Assembly (NCBI RefSeq): GCF_008124615.1
Contig: NZ_VNIB01000017.1
Coordinates: 22,253 to 46,252 of the forward strand
Length of the DNA stretch: 24,000 nt
Source of the DNA: Geothermobacter ehrlichii
Lineage (GTDB): Bacteria; Desulfobacterota; Desulfuromonadia; Desulfuromonadales; Geothermobacteraceae
Direction: 5' to 3'
Below, piece by piece: positions 16,875 through 23,486 of the stretch; position 1 is the first letter of the stretch; the number at the start of each line of letters is the position of its first letter. A model generated the notes under the pieces. The model was not told the origin of the DNA. It searched no databases and worked only from the letters and a program-made list of their open reading frames with translations. The position numbers and the translations under genes are program-made.

Positions 16875-16883
16875 ACTATAGCA
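16875..16883 (-). promoter_or_regulatory. Candidate extended -10 promoter element (TGCTATAGT) for the decarboxylase gene
   Basis: The reverse complement of 16875-16883 reads TGcTATAGT. It lies in an AT-rich patch of the divergent intergenic region. A GCCGGCAC/GTGCCGGC hairpin (16840-16859) would lie in the leader. Confidence 0.35.
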
Positions 16884-16905
16884 GAAGGCGGAGGAGAGGG
16901 CCGTT

Positions 16906-16933
16906 TTGCAAGCCGGGACAAACGTGGTAACGT
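16906..16933 (+). promoter_or_regulatory. Candidate sigma-70 promoter for the sigma-54 activator gene
   Basis: TTGCAA-16 nt-TAACGT, about 55 nt upstream of the ATG at 16988. Based on hexamer match only. Confidence 0.3.
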
Positions 16934-16987
16934 CACCCTGAATCAGGATCACGACCCGTTTCCGGAACCTTTCCCGGCGAGGTGCGC

Positions 16988-18556
16988 ATGAGATCGAACA
17001 TCAAGCTCAGATTGCAGGTTGTCGACCGGGTCGGCGTGATGGCCGAAATCGCCCGGGTGCTGGCCGAGGACGACGTCAACATCCTCAGCATGGAGGTGGA
17101 AAAGAACGCGGGTCTGACCCATGTCTTTCTCGAGCTGGAAACCGGGGACGGCTCCCCCGGCGAGGCCGCGATTCTCGATGCCCTGGCCGCCCTGCCCGAG
17201 GTGGAGGACCTTGCCGGCATCCGCACCATGCCGCAGGAGAGGCGGCAGCGGCGCTTTCAGGTGGTGCTCGACAGCGTCAGCGACGGCATCCTGTCGATCA
17301 ACGAGGACGGCGAGCTGACCACCATCAACCGGGTCGCCCGCGCCATGCTCGGCCTGGGGGAGGCCGATGTCGTCGGCCGCAACCTGCGCGATCTCGATCT
17401 GTCCGACACCAGCCTGCTGGCCTGCCTGGAAGGGCGGACCTACCGCAACGTCAAGCGCAGCATGACGCGCGGCCACCGGCGTTACCAGTATCTGGCCAGC
17501 GGTGAGGTGATCCGCGATTCCCGCGGAAGGATCGTCGGCGCCGTGGAGGTGCTGCAGGATCTGCGGGGCCTTCGCGAGGTCGCCAGCGCCGTCGCCAGCG
17601 AGCCGCAGGTCACCTTCGACGACATGGTCGGCCAGAGTCCGGGTCTGCGGCAGGCGATCGTCTTCGCCGAGAAGATTGCGCCGACCGACGGCATCGTCTG
17701 CATCCGGGGCGAGAGCGGCACCGGCAAGGAGCTGTTCGCCAGCGCCATTCATGTCGCCAGCGGTTGCCGGGGGCCGTTCATTCCGGTCAATTGTGCCGCC
17801 CTGCCGGAAAACCTGCTGGAAAGCGAGCTGTTCGGCTATGTCGGCGGCGCTTTTTCCGGGGCGCGCAAGGAAGGGCGGGCCGGTCTGTTCGAGGCGGCCA
17901 GGGACGGGACCATCTTTCTCGACGAAATCGCCGAGATGCCGCCGGCGCTGCAGGCCAAGATGCTGCGGGTCATTCAGGACGGCAAGCTGCGGCGCATCGG
18001 CAGCAACGAGGAGATCACCGTCAACGCGCGGGTCATCACCGCCACCAACCGCGACCTGGAGCAGCTGGTCAGGGAAGGCCGGTTTCGTGAAGACCTCTTC
18101 TACCGCATCAATCTCTTTCCCATCCACATTCCGCCATTGCGTGAACGGCGGGAGGACATCCCCCTGCTGGCGGAGCATTTCCTGTTTCAGGTCAACGCCC
18201 GTCTCGGGCTGCGTGCCCGGCGGCTGACCGAGGACGCCCTGGCCAAGCTGACGGCACATCGCTGGCCGGGCAACGTCCGCGAACTGCGCAACGTCATCGA
18301 GCGGGCGGCGATTCTCAGCGGCAGCGAGCGCATCAGCAGCGACAGCATCCGTTTCAGTTACGAGCTCGGGCATGCGGACGGCGCGTCCCCGCCGGAAATG
18401 GGGCGGCAGTCCCTGGCCGAACAGGTCGGACAGCTGGAGCGGCGCATCATCGCCGAGGTCCTGCGCCTGGCGCCGAGCAAGCGCCAGGCGGCGCGAATGC
18501 TGGGGCTGTCGCATACCGGCCTGCTGAAGAAGCTGAAGAAGTACGGCATGGGATGA
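16988..18556 (+). CDS. Sigma-54-dependent transcriptional activator, TyrR/PhhR-like architecture (ACT - PAS - AAA+ - Fis-type HTH)
   Basis: ACT-like N-terminus (LRLQVVDRVGVMAEIARVLAEDDVNILSMEV), then a PAS segment (FQVVLDSVSDGILSINEDGELTTINRVA). AAA+ Walker A GESGTGKELFA, sigma-54 contact loop GAFSGA, Walker B IFLDEI, and WPGNVRELRNVIERA. C-terminal HTH RQAARMLGLSHTGLLKKLKKYG. ATG 16988 has GAGG 5 nt upstream; GTG 16982 is an alternative start. Confidence 0.9.
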   Translation: MRSNIKLRLQVVDRVGVMAEIARVLAEDDVNILSMEVEKNAGLTHVFLELETGDGSPGEAAILDALAALPEVEDLAGIRTMPQERRQRRFQVVLDSVSDGILSINEDGELTTINRVARAMLGLGEADVVGRNLRDLDLSDTSLLACLEGRTYRNVKRSMTRGHRRYQYLASGEVIRDSRGRIVGAVEVLQDLRGLREVASAVASEPQVTFDDMVGQSPGLRQAIVFAEKIAPTDGIVCIRGESGTGKELFASAIHVASGCRGPFIPVNCAALPENLLESELFGYVGGAFSGARKEGRAGLFEAARDGTIFLDEIAEMPPALQAKMLRVIQDGKLRRIGSNEEITVNARVITATNRDLEQLVREGRFREDLFYRINLFPIHIPPLRERREDIPLLAEHFLFQVNARLGLRARRLTEDALAKLTAHRWPGNVRELRNVIERAAILSGSERISSDSIRFSYELGHADGASPPEMGRQSLAEQVGQLERRIIAEVLRLAPSKRQAARMLGLSHTGLLKKLKKYGMG

Positions 18557-18582
18557 ACCCCGACAGGAAGGCATGGAGGTCA

Positions 18583-18610
18583 TGGAACCTAAGGTTTCCA
18601 CTGGAAACCA
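18583..18610 (+). promoter_or_regulatory. Putative enhancer (UAS) site 1: overlapping inverted repeats TGGAACC-TAA-GGTTTCCA-C-TGGAAACC
   Basis: The 18-mer TGGAACCTAAGGTTTCCA is at 18583-18600. It overlaps the perfect palindrome GGTTTCCA-C-TGGAAACC at 18593-18609. Confidence 0.5.
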
Positions 18611-18671
18611 GCCTTTCATCCCCCCTTCCGGCCTCTGCTTTCGTCGGCTTAGCTGTTTCTGCCGTGCAGCC

Positions 18672-18689
18672 TGGAACCTCTGGTTTCCA
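18672..18689 (+). promoter_or_regulatory. Putative enhancer (UAS) site 2: TGGAACCTCTGGTTTCCA
   Basis: 16 of 18 positions are identical to site 1. The two sites are 89 bp apart start to start. Site 2 lies about 150 bp upstream of the -24 element. Confidence 0.5.
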
Positions 18690-18778
18690 TTGTGCCGGGC
18701 CGTGGCGTCCGCCCGGCCCGTTCGACTGGATGGCCCTTTTCGCTCGCAAGTGTCTGATCTCTGCCAAAAATAATGTAA

Positions 18779-18791
18779 AATCAACCTGTTG
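18779..18791 (+). promoter_or_regulatory. IHF-binding-site candidate
   Basis: AATCAACCTGTTG fits the consensus WATCAA-N4-TTR exactly. It is preceded by the A/T tract AAAAATAATGTAAAA, inside the only strongly AT-rich patch of this region. It lies between the UAS repeats and the -24/-12 promoter. Confidence 0.5.
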
Positions 18792-18839
18792 CAGGTCGCA
18801 AAAATAAAATAGAACAAAATTTTAGAATTTTGCCCCTTC

Positions 18840-18855
18840 TGGCAGGTTGCTTGCT
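18840..18855 (+). promoter_or_regulatory. Sigma-54 (-24/-12) promoter
   Basis: TGGCAG-gttgc-TTGCT matches TGGCAC-N5-TTGCW with correct GG/GC spacing. It lies 37 nt upstream of ATG 18892. Confidence 0.75.
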
Positions 18856-18891
18856 CTTCTGATTCCGTCGTCCGGACTTGAGGTCCGGTCC

Positions 18892-21243
18892 ATGCCAGCG
18901 ACAAAAGGAATCAGAGATATGGGCCAGTCGAATCCGAATCTGCCGGGCAGCTCTCTTGCGGGCGGACTTTTGCCGTCATCGGTGCTGTCGGACGGCAAGT
19001 TCGCCGTCGGCCCCACCGCCGACATTCCTTCCGAACTCGAAATCAGGGTTCATGGCCGTGGCGGCCAGGGCGGAGTGACCTGCGCCAAGCTGATCGCCAT
19101 GCTCTTCGCCGGCCGGGACCGGTTTGTCCAGACCTTCGGCGACTACGCTTCCGAGCGTTCGGGGGCGCCGGTCAGGGCCTACACCAGGGTCAGCGACCGG
19201 CCGGTACGTAACCGCAACAAGGTCTACCGTCCGGACCAGCTGCTGATTCTCGATTCCGGCCTGGTCGGCCCGGACATCCTGGCCGGGCTGTCGCCCGGCG
19301 CCCTGGTTCTGCTCAACGGCGACGGGGGGCTGGATGCCATCGACGATCTGTTCGCCGAGTATCGTGTGGCGGTGGTCGACGCCACCGCCATCGCCCGCGA
19401 ATACGGCATCGGCAGCCGGTCCGTGGTGATTGTCAACACCACCATGGTCGGTGCCTATGCCCGCCTCGTCGGCTTCGGGTTCGACGATGTCGAACGGGCC
19501 TACCGCAGTCTCGGTCTGGAAGCGGACCTGGAGGCGGCACGGCGCGCCTACCGTGAGGTGCGGCTGCGGGATGTCTTCCGCCTGCCGGAAAAGACCGCCG
19601 AGCCGTCGCCGGTGGCCGTTCCCCGGGTGCCGCCGCTGACCGGGCAGGTCTGTGATCCGCCGATGCCGCTGAAGACCGGCTCCTGGCGTACCCAGCGGGT
19701 CGAATACCAGGAGCGGCCGGCACCCTGCAGTGTCGGCTGTCCGGCCGGCAACGACGTGGTCGGTTTCATCCAGGCCCTGCGCAGCGACGGCATCGAGGCC
19801 GCCGCCCGCATCCTGCAGCGGACCCAGCCGTTGCCTTCGGTCTGCGGCCGGGTCTGTCCGGCGCCCTGCATGAGTCGCTGCAATCGCATCGAGTACGACG
19901 GGGCGGTCAACATCCGCAGCCTCGAGCGCTGGGTCGGCGATCACCATGCCGGATTGCTGCTGCAACCCGAGCGGCCGAAGGTGAAAAAGTCCTTTGCAGT
20001 GGTGGGAAGCGGGCCGGCGGGGCTGAGCGCCGCCTGGACCCTGGCCCTGGCCGGGCATGACGTCACCCTCTACGAGCGGGAAGATCAGCTTGGCGGGCTG
20101 CTGCGTTACGGCATCCCCGCTTACCGGCTGCCGCCGGAGCGGCTCGAGCGGGACATCGCCCGCATTCTCTCTCTCGGCGTCGAGGCGCGAACGGGCTGCC
20201 GGATCGACAAGACGGCCCTGCGCGAGCTGCTGGCGGAGCATGACGGCCTGCTGCTGGCGACCGGTCTCGATGTCTGGCGGCGGGCGGCGGTGCCCGGCGA
20301 GGATCTTGCCGGTGTCGAGCAGGGGCTCGCCTACCTGGCGCGTGCCAGGCAGGGCGGCGATGTCCGCCTGTCGGGGCACGTGGTAGTCGTCGGCGGCGGC
20401 AATTCGGCGATCGACGCCGCCCGGACCGCATTGCGCAACGGGGCCGACCGGGTGACCCTGGCCTATCGCCGCGGCCGCGCCGAGATGCCGGCGATCGACT
20501 CGGAAATCGAGGAGGCCGTCGAGGAAGGGGTGGAGCTGCTGCTGTATCGCCAGCCGGTGGCCTTTGCCGGCGACGGGCGGGTGCAGGCCGTGGAGCTGGC
20601 CGAAGTCGAGCTGGGCCCCAGGGGAGAGGACGGCCGCCGGAAGCCGGTGGTGACCGACCGCGTCGCCCGTCTCGATTGCGACCGGATCCTGCTCTGCCTG
20701 GGACAGAGCGCCGATCTCGGCCTGCTGCCGGAGGACTGGCGGCCGGCGGGGCGGCGCGTGGTGAGCGGCGGTTCCGTTCTGCCGGTGGTCTGCTGCGGCG
20801 ATGTCGCCATCGCGGCCGGAACGGTGACTCACGCCATCGGCGATGGCCGACGCGCCGCCCGCGCGCTGCTGGCCGGAACCGGCATCGAGGCCGTCGAGGC
20901 GGCGGAGCGGGAAGACGGCATCGCGGTCACCGCCGAGGAGATCCATTTCGATGCCTTTGTACGGACACAGCCGGCCCACGAGAGGCATCTGCCGCCGGCC
21001 GAACGGCTGTCGGGACGGGAGGCCAACCTGGGCCTCGCCGACCCGGCCGAGGCCGATCGCTGCTTCTCCTGCGGCCATTGCACCCGCTGTGACACCTGTC
21101 TCATCTACTGCCCTGAAGGGGTCATCTGCCGGGATGGCGGTGGCTACGCCATCGACGGGGAGCAGTGCAAGGGCTGCGGCATCTGCGCCCAGGAGTGCCC
21201 CCGTCACGCCCTTCGGGCCGCCGCCATGCCGAGCCGGAGCTGA
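18892..21243 (+). CDS. Fusion protein: OFOR gamma subunit + GltD/NfnB-like NAD(P)H:FAD oxidoreductase + OFOR delta-type 2x[4Fe-4S] ferredoxin
   Basis: Gamma domain IRVHGRGGQGGVTCAKLIA from about nt 19042 to 19566. Delta-like GSWRTQRVEY at about 19681. GltD-like Fe-S segment CPAGNDVVGFI...LPSVCGRVCPAPCMSRC. Dinucleotide folds FAVVGSGPAGLSAA...GGLLRYGIPAYRLP and VVVVGGGNSAIDAART. C-terminal CTRCDTCLIYCP...CKGCGICAQECP from 21061. The start is ambiguous: ATG 18892, ATG 18919 or GTG 18982. The TTG at 18847 in the track lies inside the promoter and is rejected. Confidence 0.85.
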   Translation: MPATKGIRDMGQSNPNLPGSSLAGGLLPSSVLSDGKFAVGPTADIPSELEIRVHGRGGQGGVTCAKLIAMLFAGRDRFVQTFGDYASERSGAPVRAYTRVSDRPVRNRNKVYRPDQLLILDSGLVGPDILAGLSPGALVLLNGDGGLDAIDDLFAEYRVAVVDATAIAREYGIGSRSVVIVNTTMVGAYARLVGFGFDDVERAYRSLGLEADLEAARRAYREVRLRDVFRLPEKTAEPSPVAVPRVPPLTGQVCDPPMPLKTGSWRTQRVEYQERPAPCSVGCPAGNDVVGFIQALRSDGIEAAARILQRTQPLPSVCGRVCPAPCMSRCNRIEYDGAVNIRSLERWVGDHHAGLLLQPERPKVKKSFAVVGSGPAGLSAAWTLALAGHDVTLYEREDQLGGLLRYGIPAYRLPPERLERDIARILSLGVEARTGCRIDKTALRELLAEHDGLLLATGLDVWRRAAVPGEDLAGVEQGLAYLARARQGGDVRLSGHVVVVGGGNSAIDAARTALRNGADRVTLAYRRGRAEMPAIDSEIEEAVEEGVELLLYRQPVAFAGDGRVQAVELAEVELGPRGEDGRRKPVVTDRVARLDCDRILLCLGQSADLGLLPEDWRPAGRRVVSGGSVLPVVCCGDVAIAAGTVTHAIGDGRRAARALLAGTGIEAVEAAEREDGIAVTAEEIHFDAFVRTQPAHERHLPPAERLSGREANLGLADPAEADRCFSCGHCTRCDTCLIYCPEGVICRDGGGYAIDGEQCKGCGICAQECPRHALRAAAMPSRS

Positions 21244-21248
21244 TAGCG

Positions 21249-22412
21249 ATGCGAAACGAACTGATCAGCGCCAATCATGCCGCGGCGATGGCCGCGATCC
21301 TGGCCGCCCGGGCCAACCGGAGCGGACGCGGTTTCTGTGCCGGCGTCTATCCGATCACGCCGTCGACCGAGTGCATGGAGCTGCTCTGCTCCCGGCAGAT
21401 CGAAAAGGGGCAGGTGGTTCGCGTCGAGGGCGAACACAGCGCCATGGCGGTCTGCATCGGCAGCGTCGCCGCCGGTGCCCGCTCCTTCACCGCCACCTCG
21501 TCCAACGGTCTGGCCTACATGGCCGAGAACGTGGTCACCGCCGCCCTGTTGCGGCTGCCGATGGTGATGATGGTCGCCAACCGCACCCTGGGACCGCCCT
21601 GGAACATCTGGGCCGATCATGGTGACAGCCTGCTGCTGCGCGATTCCGGCTGGCTGCAGTTCTACTGCGCCGACAACCAGGAGGTGCTCGACACCATCCT
21701 GTTCGCCTACCGGCTCGGCGAGGACCCCCGGGTGATGCTGCCGGTGATGGTCTGCCAGGACGGTTTCGTCCTCTCCCACACCATGGCCCAGACCCTGGTG
21801 CCGGAACAGGAGCTGGTCGACCGTTTCCTGCCGCCGCTCGAGGTGCCGCACCGCCTGAACGAGCAGCCGCACGCCCTGGGCTCGGTGGTGCTGCCGCAGC
21901 AGACCGAGGTGCTGCGTCGCCAGCACCACGAAGCGATGAACACCGCCCTCGCCATCTATCCGCAACTGCAGCGCGAGTTCGCCGCCGTCTTCGGCCGGCC
22001 GATCGCCGATCCGCTGGTCGGCTACCGGTACGAGGACGCCGAACTGCTGATCCTGTCGATGGGAACCCTGGCCAGCACCGTGGAGCGGGCCGTGGACCGG
22101 CTGCGAGAGCGGGGCGTGAAGGCCGGCGGCCTGCGGGTCCGCCTGTTCCGTCCCTTCCCGGCGCGGCAGCTGCGCGAGCTGCTCGGCCGGCCGGCCCGGG
22201 TGGCGGTGCTCGACCGGGACATCAGCCCCGGCTTCGGCGGTGTGCTCTGGGGTGAGTGCCGCAGCTGCGTTTCCGGGGATGTCCTGATGCAGAACTACAT
22301 GCTCGGTCTTGGCGGCGGCGACGTCAGGCCGGAGCACGTCGAACAGCTGGTCGACGATCTGCTGGGCCGCGAGACGGCCGGCGAGCCGATGGTGATGGAG
22401 GTGGGCGCATGA
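21249..22412 (+). CDS. 2-oxoacid:ferredoxin oxidoreductase, alpha subunit (second copy)
   Basis: Start at ATG 21249 (MRNELISANHAAAMAA...), 5 nt after the fusion gene's stop. Motifs YPITPSTE and EHSAMAVCIGSVAAGARSFTATSSNGLAYM parallel the first alpha subunit. Track ORF 21165..22412 is over-extended. Confidence 0.9.
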   Translation: MRNELISANHAAAMAAILAARANRSGRGFCAGVYPITPSTECMELLCSRQIEKGQVVRVEGEHSAMAVCIGSVAAGARSFTATSSNGLAYMAENVVTAALLRLPMVMMVANRTLGPPWNIWADHGDSLLLRDSGWLQFYCADNQEVLDTILFAYRLGEDPRVMLPVMVCQDGFVLSHTMAQTLVPEQELVDRFLPPLEVPHRLNEQPHALGSVVLPQQTEVLRRQHHEAMNTALAIYPQLQREFAAVFGRPIADPLVGYRYEDAELLILSMGTLASTVERAVDRLRERGVKAGGLRVRLFRPFPARQLRELLGRPARVAVLDRDISPGFGGVLWGECRSCVSGDVLMQNYMLGLGGGDVRPEHVEQLVDDLLGRETAGEPMVMEVGA

Positions 22413-23305
22413 CTGAAGTTGCGGAAAGAACGATTCCCGTGCAGGAGCGTCCTGCGGGTCGTCCCCTGTTGCGTCCCGGCAATACCAACTGCGGCGGCTG
22501 CGGCATGTCGATCGCCCTGCAGATGTTCGGCCGCGAGCTGGCCGGGCAGCCGGTGCAGCTGGTGATCCCGGCCTGCTGCGGCGCCGTGGCGGCCGGCTCC
22601 TATCCCTTCACCGCCTTCGGCGTGCCGGTGGTGCTGTCGACCTTCGCCTCGCCGGCGGCGGTCGCCACGGGACTGGCCAGGGTGGCGGCCCTCAACGAGG
22701 AACCGATCCGGGTGGTCTGCTGGGCCGGCGACGGCGGCACCTATGACATCGGCATGGGGACCCTGTCGGCGGCGGCGGAACGGAACGAGGATGTCCTCTA
22801 CATCTGCTACGACAACGAGATCTACGGCAACACCGGCGGCCAGCGCTCCTCGGCGACGCCGCTCGGCGCCGCCACCACCAGCACGCCGGTCGGCAAACCG
22901 GAAGTGAAGAAGGACATTCTCGCCGTGATGGCGGCGCACCGCATCCCCTACGCGGCCAGCGTCTCGCTGGCGCATCCCGAGGACGCCGGCCGCAAGTTCC
23001 GCCAGGCGCTGGCGGCCCGCGGTTTCCGCTTTCTGCACATCCTCTCTCCCTGTCCCACCGGCTGGAAATCTGAGCCGGCGCACGGCATCCAGCTGATCCG
23101 GCTGGCGGTGCAGTCCGGACTCTACCCGGTGCTGGAAATCCGCGACGGGCGGCAGGTCACCATCAACGTCGAGCCCGACTTCTCCGACCTGGCCCTGGCC
23201 GAATATCTCGCCATGCAGGGGCGTTTCCGCAAGTCGGGGGTGACCGCCATGGTGCTGCGCGACGCCATCCGGCAGCACTGGGAGCATCTGCGGCGCCAGG
23301 CCTGA
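22409..23305 (+). CDS. 2-oxoacid:ferredoxin oxidoreductase, beta subunit (TPP-binding, second copy)
   Basis: ATGA overlap with the alpha stop. Motifs GNTNCGGCG, GDGGTYDIGMGTLSAA...YICYDNEIYGNTGGQ and CPTGW. Track ORF 22256..23305 is over-extended. Confidence 0.9.
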   Translation: MTEVAERTIPVQERPAGRPLLRPGNTNCGGCGMSIALQMFGRELAGQPVQLVIPACCGAVAAGSYPFTAFGVPVVLSTFASPAAVATGLARVAALNEEPIRVVCWAGDGGTYDIGMGTLSAAAERNEDVLYICYDNEIYGNTGGQRSSATPLGAATTSTPVGKPEVKKDILAVMAAHRIPYAASVSLAHPEDAGRKFRQALAARGFRFLHILSPCPTGWKSEPAHGIQLIRLAVQSGLYPVLEIRDGRQVTINVEPDFSDLALAEYLAMQGRFRKSGVTAMVLRDAIRQHWEHLRRQA

Positions 23306-23354
23306 AGCAGGCCTTCGTCATCCCGAGTTGCCTTCCCGTTTTCCCGTCGTCTTC

Positions 23355-23372
23355 GGCCGGCGCCGGCTTTTT
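23355..23372 (+). terminator. Possible weak intrinsic terminator after the second OFOR operon
   Basis: GC-rich self-complementary GGCCGGCGCCGGC followed by TTTTT. An alternative 7-bp stem is CCGGCGC/GCGCCGG (23357-23363 with 23373-23379). The structure is ambiguous. Confidence 0.35.
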
Positions 23373-23395
23373 GCGCCGGGCCGGCCGGCCAAGCT

Positions 23396-23424
23396 TTGCC
23401 TCTCCCCTGAAACTGTGCTAATCT
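23396..23424 (+). promoter_or_regulatory. Candidate sigma-70 promoter for the second XRE-cupin gene
   Basis: TTGCCT-17 nt-TAATCT, about 60 nt upstream of the ATG at 23487. Confidence 0.45.
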
Positions 23425-23434
23425 GCGCACCGTT

Positions 23435-23450
23435 TTCTGGTCTGCCAGAA
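23435..23450 (+). promoter_or_regulatory. Inverted repeat TTCTGG-TCTG-CCAGAA (operator candidate)
   Basis: Perfect 6-bp arms, 10 nt downstream of the candidate -10 element. This is where an autoregulating repressor would sit. Confidence 0.3.
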
Positions 23451-23486
23451 TCCCATAACATCCCGATGTTAAAGGAGAATCAACCC

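Noticed and set aside
16815-16952. 5' extensions of track ORFs: 16815..16952 (decarboxylase), 14455..14739, 11240..11359, 11586..11663, 21165..21248, 22256..22408, 18847..18891 and 10762..10779.
   Set aside because: The extensions overlap upstream genes or promoter elements and have no RBS. They add non-homologous residues ahead of N-termini that are typical for their families. Internal ATGs with good Shine-Dalgarno spacing were chosen instead.
18553-18807. Small ORFs in the enhancer region: 18553..18807 (84 aa) and the Cys-rich 18573..18773 (66 aa).
   Set aside because: They have no RBS. They span the UAS repeats and the IHF site, and their composition follows from the palindromic DNA. The region is better explained as regulatory DNA.
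16949-18904. 651-aa ORF on the - strand, opposite the sigma-54 activator gene. Similar long antisense ORFs: 18976..21207 (743 aa), 5560..6972 (470 aa), 8345..9592 (415 aa), 12815..13945, 21204..22337, 22295..23287, 3234..4334, 2059..3150, 4358..5503, 1141..1944 and 11622..12674.
   Set aside because: Their translations are Arg/Ala/Gly/Pro/Asp-rich low-complexity strings with no recognisable motifs and no RBS. Each lies antisense to a gene with clear family signatures. Long stop-free antisense frames are expected at this GC content.
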